Assembly: GCA_002104945.1 (NCBI GenBank)
Contig: MCFH01000079.1
Location: 62,001-126,000 of the forward strand
Source of the DNA: Piromyces finnis finn
Taxonomy: Eukaryota; Fungi; Neocallimastigomycota
Direction of reading: 5' to 3'
DNA length: 64,000 bases
This document shows positions 56,808 to 64,000 of the stretch, in pieces. The notes below the pieces were generated by a model, which saw only the letters and a list, made by a program, of their open reading frames with translations, was not told where the DNA came from and ran no database searches. The position numbers were made by a program, and so were the translations under genes. Positions within the stretch are counted from its first letter, which is position 1, and each line of letters opens with the position of its first letter.

Positions 56808-57340
56808 CTATGAAAATGAAACCACTACTTCATTAAGCATTGCTTGCTTGTTTGCTATACTAAAAGTAAAGAAATTTTAAAAATATTGCTCAAGTATGGA
56901 ATAAACATTATTATAAAAAATAATAATGGAAACACAGCATTAGCAGAAATAAGCGGTATTATAAAAATTACATTCGCATAATAGAATTTTTAATTGACAA
57001 CGGAGTTTAAATAAATGAAAAAAATATGAATAAGCTTATAAAGTTAGTCGTTTTGATAATGTAATAAGATATTTAATTAAAAAAAGTACTAGAGTTAATA
57101 TATCTAATAATGAAGGTTATACTCCATATTATTAATTGTGTGTAATAATACAGTTTTTTTAAATATAATAAAACATTTAGTTAAAAATGGGGCAGATGGG
57201 AGTAAAGCAAACAATAAAGGGGGAAACACCAATAATGAAAGCATTCATATGAAATCATGATGATATAGTGGATATACCACTTCAATATGATTTGGTGATA
57301 TAAATAAAGCAGATAATGAAGGAAATACCCCATTTTTTAT
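56190..57340 (+). pseudogene. Decayed ankyrin-repeat gene interrupted by a retro-insertion
   Basis: Frameshifted fragments KEILKILLKYGINIIIKNNNGNTAL (56869-56942), LVKNGADGSKANNKG-ETPIMKA (57178-57243) and NEGNTP (~57317). Boundaries approximate. Confidence 0.55.
56238..56804 (+). mobile_element. Non-coding, GC-richer retroposed element with poly(A) tail and 10-bp TSD (SINE-like, or 3' end of an unrelated retroelement or RNA)
   Basis: ATGCTATGAA at 56228-56237 and 56805-56814. A-run of about 32 nt from 56773. Roughly 40-45% GC by eye against a much lower background. No similarity to the LINE 3' end in this window. Confidence 0.85.
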
Positions 57341-58374
57341 TAATATGTTGTGAATGTGAAAGATTTTTTTATTGGGATATAATAGAACAAGGAACAGGCA
57401 TAAATAAAACAGATAGTGATGACGAAATACCAATATTTAAAAATTTTTAATTTTATAAATAAATATCATATAAATTATTGTATTAAACTTGGCTCAGATT
57501 TCTAGATAATAATAATGAATATGATGGTGATAAATTAAATCAAAATATATTTGATATTTGATAGTGAAATTGCTAGAAAAAAAAATTTACCAAAAAAATG
57601 TATTTAACATTTTATATTCTTATTATGATTATAATAATCTTTCTATTGAAGGAATTTCAGAGAAATTTTTAAATAAAAGAAAAAAAAATATATAAAAAAG
57701 AGAAATATATAGAAAAAATACAGAAAAAGATAAACGATTGTGACAGAATAATAAATGGGGTATTTTCAACGGTACCAGAAAAAGATTAAAGCCAGTAAAA
57801 AAGAAGGAATCATTAAGCATTTGCAAGGAGGAAAAGTTATTAGTAATAAAGATAAAACTTAATTGAAGTAATTAGAAATTTATCTATCTGCAATTAATTT
57901 GTGTGAAAAAACTCTATCCAATCGATTCAGTTTTCAATAATGGGTTACCTCATCAATTTTTAATACTATTATGAATGATAAGAGACCACATTTTGCGTAT
58001 TAATTATGCGAAACAGCTTCCAATATAGTTAAAAAAAAAAAAAAATATAAAACATGTAAAGCTAAAAAAGATTAAATATAAAAGACTTAATTCAGGAACG
58101 TGTAAAATGAGAAATTAATTTAAAAGTAAAAAAGAAAATAACATTGATTCTACAACAATGAACACATTAAATATACTGAAAAAATATGAAATTTAATTCA
58201 AATTATTAATAACATTTTAACATATAAAAAAGATAATACATTTCATTACATTTTTAATAGTAATATTAAAATAAAAATAAGAAATGTTTTATTATAATTA
58301 CTTTAATTTTCATTCCTTTTCTTTTTTTTTTCTAAGATAATAACTCTATAAATTAAAGGGTTTTTGAAAACTTT

Positions 58375-58865
58375 TTATTTATTTATTTATTTATTTTATT
58401 TATTTATTTATTTATTTATTTATTTTATTTTATTTTATTTTATTTTATTTTATTTTATTTTATTTTATTTTATTTTATTTTATTTTATTTTATTTTATTT
58501 TATTTTATTTTATTTTATTTTATTTTATTTTATTTTATTTTATTTTATTTTATTTTATTTTATTTTATTTTATTTTATTTTATTTTATTTTATTTTATTT
58601 TATTTTATTTTATTTTATTTTATTTTATTTTATTTTATTTTATTTTATTTTATTTTATTTTATTTTATTTTATTTTATTTTATTTTATTTTATTTATTTT
58701 ATTTTATTTTATTTTATTTTATTTTATTTTATTTTATTTTATTTTATTTTATTTTATTTTATTTTATTTTATTTTATTTTATTTTATTTTATTTTATTTT
58801 ATTTTATTTTATTTTATTTTATTTTATTTTATTTTATTTTATTTTATTTTATTTTATTTTATTTT
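58375..58865. repeat. (TTTTA)n pentanucleotide array
   Basis: About 95 units, preceded by (TTTA)n. Confidence 0.97.
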
Positions 58866-59193
58866 AAAATGTTTTTTCTTTTTTTACTTTTTACATTTTA
58901 CATATTTATTTTTTTTTTTTTTTGACTTTAATTTTTTATTGACTTTATTTTTTAAAAACTTTATATCTTTTATTTTTGCTTTTGTTTTGTTTGTTCTATG
59001 AAAAATAAAAGTCTTTTTTTTATTTATGATTTATATTTAAAAAAAAAAAAGACTATCTCTATAAATTATTATTGTTGTTGTTGTTTTTTATTGTCTTTAT
59101 TTCTATATTATTATTTCTTTTCTTTTTTGACGATGTCAAACTATTTTTTTTTTTTTTTATCTTATCAGTTTATAGCTAGGTAATGCTTTCTAT

Positions 59194-59196
<3 letters not shown>

Positions 59197-59237
<41 letters not shown>

Positions 59238-62200
59238 GGCATCAAATATTTTAAACTTTATTATTAATTTAATTAAAATTATAATACATGTAATAAAAAA
59301 TTAAAAATAAATAAAAATAAAAAAAATATGTTTAAATAAACACAAATGAATAAAAATTGGGTATAATGTATTCTAGTAATTTTAATTAAAGTAAGAAAGC
59401 CACTATCATACTAAAGTATAATAATTGTATTTGACTTCCAATGGGACACCGAGCCAAAGATCAAAATTTTGTCATGGAACAAAATTATGATCTCCATTGG
59501 TTGCGCTGGCCCTCCTGGCCTGTCTTACTGTTTCTTCAGCATTGACGCTCTTGGATGTTGCTTCAAACCTTTTGAACATTGACCATTGCTGGCCAATAGC
59601 AAAAGGCATGATTTTGGTTAGAAGTTCCGCGGTTACCGTCAAGAATGGTGTTCCTTCGTTAGTACCAGATTGAATCTGACGCTTACAAAGTTCTTTCCAT
59701 TCCCTTGAATTGTAATTAATATTGTTAAAACTTCTTCCCCCAAGAAGGAATTTAAATATTTTACTGCACACACTAGAATAATCATACACATTAATATTCA
59801 CCGGATTATTAGAACTATTACTATCATTAACTAAATTACTATCTAAATTAGAATTATTATCTTCACTATTGCTATCATTACTAATATTATTATTTCTATT
59901 ATTGTTATTATTACTATTGTTACTATTACTATTGTTACTATTACTATTGTTATTACTACTATTGTTACTATTACTATTAATGTTATTACTATCTCTACTG
60001 ATATTATCAATTTCATTATTATTGATAGGACTATTGGAATTACGTTGACTGAAAAAATTTAATAGCTGGACTATAGAATCATAATGTTTAATACGGATAT
60101 CTCTAAATGTTGGACAATCTAATAACCAATGTTTAATACTTTGATCTCCACACTTGCAACATGGACAGTAGTTAGGACAAACTGGATCAACAAATTTGGC
60201 AGCTTTGGCAACTCTAGCATCCAACTTGTATCCGCTTCTTGCTTTCAATAGCCAGTAGAAGCCATAGGCAAACTCTGGGTACTCATAACATAATTTAATA
60301 AAATCTTTAGTTTCAATAAATTTATTATCATCATAATATTGCGCTTTGATTGAATTCCCTTTGAGATCTTTCCAATAAAAGTTTTTAATTGCTTTAACAT
60401 CTCCATGTTTCTTTAATTTTTTATCAAGTGTCCTACTTGATTTGCACCACGTGTATTTTCTAAATTTAGGAATGTAATTGACAAGGTGTGAGATAATACA
60501 ATTTGAGTTTTTCCATTTGTTAAAACATCTAACCTGAGCTAACGCACATTTGGCTGACAATGGAGGAATATTCAAATCTTTTGAAATAGAGTATAAAGAT
60601 ATAAACGATACAGCTTTATGAACTCCGGCAACCCATCGTATTCCTTTGTTAACATGCTTCTGAGCAATCCTAGACCTAGCTTTGTTGGATCCAAGTAATG
60701 GTGCAAAGTATGAAACTCTGCTAATCACTTGTGAGTTAAGTACTAGCTTTTTGAAAGGAATAGGAATATTAGGATTTCTTAAGAATTTACTGACTGAGAA
60801 AAGCCCTTTCAAAACCTTGTTATTAAGAGCTTTAATTACTGGTTTAAGGGACAGATTCTTATCAAATGGAACACCAAGATAAGTATAACAATCAGTAGTT
60901 GGAATGGGTTGTCCTGCTAAGTAAAATGTTGGATCTCTCTTGTTCTGATTTTCTATTGATTCAGGACGAATCACCATCGTTGAACATTTCTGGATACCAA
61001 ATTCCATTTCATTATACAATGCCCATTCATTAACTCTTCTAAGCATCTTTTTTAAGCATCCTCTTGTTGGAGCACAAATAACTATATCATCTGCAAAAAG
61101 TCCACCACAGCATCGAGTGTCACCTAAACTGACTCCTAGATCTTCGCACTCTCTAAATATATCATTAATAAAGAGATTAAAGAGAATAGGAGAAAGAGGG
61201 CAACCTTGACGGACTCCTTTCTTCACATCAAAAGATTTCGAGAATTGTCCATCTAATTTGACATTAGCCTTAGATGTTAAATATAAATTTTTGATAAATT
61301 GTAGACTCTTACCTCGGATTCCTAAACAATCTAATTTATGGAGAATATTACCGATTGGGACTGAATCGTATGCTTTCCTGAGATCTAAAAAGGCCAAATA
61401 TGTCTCTTTATTATCTAATTGACGTCTACGGCATATTTCTTGGATTGAAATGAAGAGACTAATACTTTCTTCTTTTTTTCGAAAACCAAATTGTTCAGGT
61501 CTAATGAAATTATTCTTTAAACCATATTCTGAGATTCTAGTGGTGACAATTTTGGAAATCAACTTAATACCATTATTGATAAGTGATATACCTCGATAGT
61601 TATCACAATCTGTCAAATCTCCCTTCTTAGGAATAGAAACAATACTGGATTCATTCCATGAGTTGGGGAAATCTCCATCCCAAATACGGTTGAATAATTT
61701 AAGAATAAAATTTAAACCATGAGCATCATTATCTGAAGTAGTATTACCAGAAGAATTATTATCTGTAGCATTATTAGAATCATTACTTGATGGAACTAAT
61801 GCTTTGTAAAATTCAATTGGAATACCATCCGGACCTGATGCTTTATAATTTGGAGTAGTGAGGATAGCTGACTTGACTTCATCAATACTAATATCTTGGT
61901 TGATATCCCACTCATCAAGCATAGGAAGTGAAAAACGTTTATTCGTTGGTTCTTCATACCAATGCTCCAAATCAAGACTTACACCACTTGGGTCTGATGC
62001 AAGATTTTCGAAATGATCATGCCACACATCTAGTTGTTCTTCCGTAGCAACAACTAATTCTCCATTTTTATTTTTAATTGGTTGAGCAATAAAGAAAGAA
62101 TCTTTTCCAATTTTTGCAGTTTTCTTGATCCATTTCCAGGCCTTCTTAGGATTATGACTCTTCATATACTCACATCCTGTTTTAATCCAATGAAGATATT

Positions 62201-64000
62201 CTTGCTTCCTAAATTCATTACATCTTTTGTGGATGTAATCAATGAGTTTACGGTAGATTTTAATTCTTTTAATAAATTCATCTATATCATAAATTCTTTC
62301 TTTTTTAAATCTCTTATACAACTTCATTTTGATTTTTTGAAGATTAAAAATTTGTTGTGAAATATGAAATGAAGACTTTATAACATTATTTGCTGAAGTA
62401 ATACTGAGCTCGTCTGCAATTGAAAAAGCAGTTGAAGTAAACTCTTTGGAAAGTTCATCTGTAGAAACATTAGGATCGTTGGATTTTGCTGAAAGTATTT
62501 GGAATTTATTATGACTGAGAATAGATTCCTTTTCCTCAATACATTTTAATCTATTCCATTTCAGAATTTTCTTAGGAACATTAAAGTCATTAGAAAAATC
62601 TTCCATAGGAATAATTTTACCATTAATAAGAAGTGGCTTATGGTCTGATACAGGATAAAAATTATTTATAAATGATCCTGAGTGAATAAGATCTTTCATC
62701 TTCGAATTGATAAGAGCATGGTCAATGTCGGAAGATTGATCACCTCGAGTCCAAGAGATAGTAGACCCTCTAAGCGGAAGAATTTCCCAATCTCCTAATC
62801 CATTAGTTGATAACCAGTTGGATAATTTTACTTTAGACATATTAAAATCACCAACAAGAATCGATGGATGGGATGAATGAGTTTGTAACCACAAGCGAAC
62901 TTCTAACTTTGCATGATCAACATAGATGTTGTGATGACTATGAGGCATATAAACATTTCCAATCGAGCATTTGAATCTATTCCAGAGACTAAAAGTATAA
63001 ATAGAAATAATATACTTTCCAGAGAAGTTTTCAAGTGAGGCTTGACATGAATTGTGAAAACCTAAATATAAACCTCTCATTCCCGGAACTGATTCGTCAG
63101 CTTTCTTGAAAAAGTGTCTATAGTTTCGCAAAGTAACACGACAAGGATAATCTGTATTCGATCCAGAACCATTACCAGTTTCTTGGAAACATAAAAATAA
63201 TGGTTTGAAAATAGCTGTGAAATAGCTAATACTATCTCTCTTTTCGTGATTCCACCCATTGGTGTTCCAACTAAGACAAAAAGAAAAGTTATCAGGCTTG
63301 TTGGATGAGGAAGAATCGTTGCTATTATTATTATTATTAAAGTCATCGTTATTAATGGATGATGCATCAGAGGAATAAGTAGAACTATTACTAGATGGCT
63401 GTGAAACTGAAGAACTATCAACTATTGAACTGTTATCAGAGTTGATAGAGCTATTAGAATTAATTGTTGAATGTTGAGATTGAAATTGTGTTTGCTGTAG
63501 ATCTGGAATATTTTCATGATTGGAAACTTGTTGAAGATCTTGTTGAAGATCTAGTTGAAGATCGGATTGTTGATGAGATTGTTGAACTGATTGTTGAAAT
63601 GATTGTTGAATAGAATGTTGATGTTTATTAGAAACTAAAATTTTACGTTTGAGAGTGGAAAAAGTGTATTTGTGATTCCTTCTACTACGAGCTGAAAAGG
63701 AAATTGAGGTAACTGAAAGTTTCTTCTTTAACATGTGTAAGATTTTAATACAATCTTTCGATGAACCATGAACCTTGACTAAGAAAAAGTGATCATTGAA
63801 AGTCTGAAAATATTTAACACTAATAACTGAATTAAATTTATCTTCTAGAATAACCTCGAGTTTTTCCCATAGCATATTTACTGACCATGATCGAATACCA
63901 CGGATAAAGAAGGAGCGAATATCATCTAAGGGGATACCATAAGACCGGGTACCACGTCTGATATAATTCTTATCTTTAATATAAAGGACTGACATGATAA
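59197..64000 (-). mobile_element. LINE copy 2, apparently intact (5' UTR beyond window end)
   Basis: T38 tail at 59197-59234, ~240-bp 3' UTR, uninterrupted 1507-aa ORF. Confidence 0.96.
59472..63995 (-). CDS. LINE polyprotein: putative RRM-like N-terminus, APE endonuclease, reverse transcriptase, CCHC finger
   Basis: APE motifs SWNTNG, LCFQET, LVGDFN, SDIDH, SDHKP. RT motifs KASGPDGIP, DNYRGISL, FLDLRKAYDSV, GVRQGCPLSP, LFADD, YTYLGV. C-terminal CPCCKC..SIKHWLLDC. Confidence 0.95.
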   Translation of the reverse strand: MSVLYIKDKNYIRRGTRSYGIPLDDIRSFFIRGIRSWSVNMLWEKLEVILEDKFNSVISVKYFQTFNDHFFLVKVHGSSKDCIKILHMLKKKLSVTSISFSARSRRNHKYTFSTLKRKILVSNKHQHSIQQSFQQSVQQSHQQSDLQLDLQQDLQQVSNHENIPDLQQTQFQSQHSTINSNSSINSDNSSIVDSSSVSQPSSNSSTYSSDASSINNDDFNNNNNSNDSSSSNKPDNFSFCLSWNTNGWNHEKRDSISYFTAIFKPLFLCFQETGNGSGSNTDYPCRVTLRNYRHFFKKADESVPGMRGLYLGFHNSCQASLENFSGKYIISIYTFSLWNRFKCSIGNVYMPHSHHNIYVDHAKLEVRLWLQTHSSHPSILVGDFNMSKVKLSNWLSTNGLGDWEILPLRGSTISWTRGDQSSDIDHALINSKMKDLIHSGSFINNFYPVSDHKPLLINGKIIPMEDFSNDFNVPKKILKWNRLKCIEEKESILSHNKFQILSAKSNDPNVSTDELSKEFTSTAFSIADELSITSANNVIKSSFHISQQIFNLQKIKMKLYKRFKKERIYDIDEFIKRIKIYRKLIDYIHKRCNEFRKQEYLHWIKTGCEYMKSHNPKKAWKWIKKTAKIGKDSFFIAQPIKNKNGELVVATEEQLDVWHDHFENLASDPSGVSLDLEHWYEEPTNKRFSLPMLDEWDINQDISIDEVKSAILTTPNYKASGPDGIPIEFYKALVPSSNDSNNATDNNSSGNTTSDNDAHGLNFILKLFNRIWDGDFPNSWNESSIVSIPKKGDLTDCDNYRGISLINNGIKLISKIVTTRISEYGLKNNFIRPEQFGFRKKEESISLFISIQEICRRRQLDNKETYLAFLDLRKAYDSVPIGNILHKLDCLGIRGKSLQFIKNLYLTSKANVKLDGQFSKSFDVKKGVRQGCPLSPILFNLFINDIFRECEDLGVSLGDTRCCGGLFADDIVICAPTRGCLKKMLRRVNEWALYNEMEFGIQKCSTMVIRPESIENQNKRDPTFYLAGQPIPTTDCYTYLGVPFDKNLSLKPVIKALNNKVLKGLFSVSKFLRNPNIPIPFKKLVLNSQVISRVSYFAPLLGSNKARSRIAQKHVNKGIRWVAGVHKAVSFISLYSISKDLNIPPLSAKCALAQVRCFNKWKNSNCIISHLVNYIPKFRKYTWCKSSRTLDKKLKKHGDVKAIKNFYWKDLKGNSIKAQYYDDNKFIETKDFIKLCYEYPEFAYGFYWLLKARSGYKLDARVAKAAKFVDPVCPNYCPCCKCGDQSIKHWLLDCPTFRDIRIKHYDSIVQLLNFFSQRNSNSPINNNEIDNISRDSNNINSNSNNSSNNNSNSNNSNSNNSNNNNNRNNNISNDSNSEDNNSNLDSNLVNDSNSSNNPVNINVYDYSSVCSKIFKFLLGGRSFNNINYNSREWKELCKRQIQSGTNEGTPFLTVTAELLTKIMPFAIGQQWSMFKRFEATSKSVNAEETVRQARRASATNGDHNFVP

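Overview
Very AT-rich, intron-dense eukaryotic DNA, almost certainly from an anaerobic gut fungus (Neocallimastigomycota), since it encodes a secreted GH43 with two fungal dockerins. Host genes from left to right: UFL1 (partial), TBCK, a hypothetical protein, PRCC, ACL4, an ankyrin-repeat/degenerate-sirtuin fusion, the CAF16 ABC ATPase, a single-pass membrane protein with a long disordered tail, a His-rich CDF zinc transporter, a probable Mn-motif axonemal protein, an intronless bacterial-type CitMHS/ArsB permease, the dockerin-GH43, a small 4-exon gene and an N4BP2L-like P-loop kinase with an RGG tail. The right half is dominated by retroelements. One LINE family occurs three times: an intact 1507-aa ORF, a disabled and mosaic copy, and a 5'-truncated copy with a TSD nested in a LINE fragment. 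There is also a hairpin-rich repeat beside one LINE 5' end, and an unrelated structured, poly(A)-tailed, TSD-flanked ~570-bp insert inside an ankyrin pseudogene. Gene models were spliced by eye and family calls come from recalled motifs; no searches were run.
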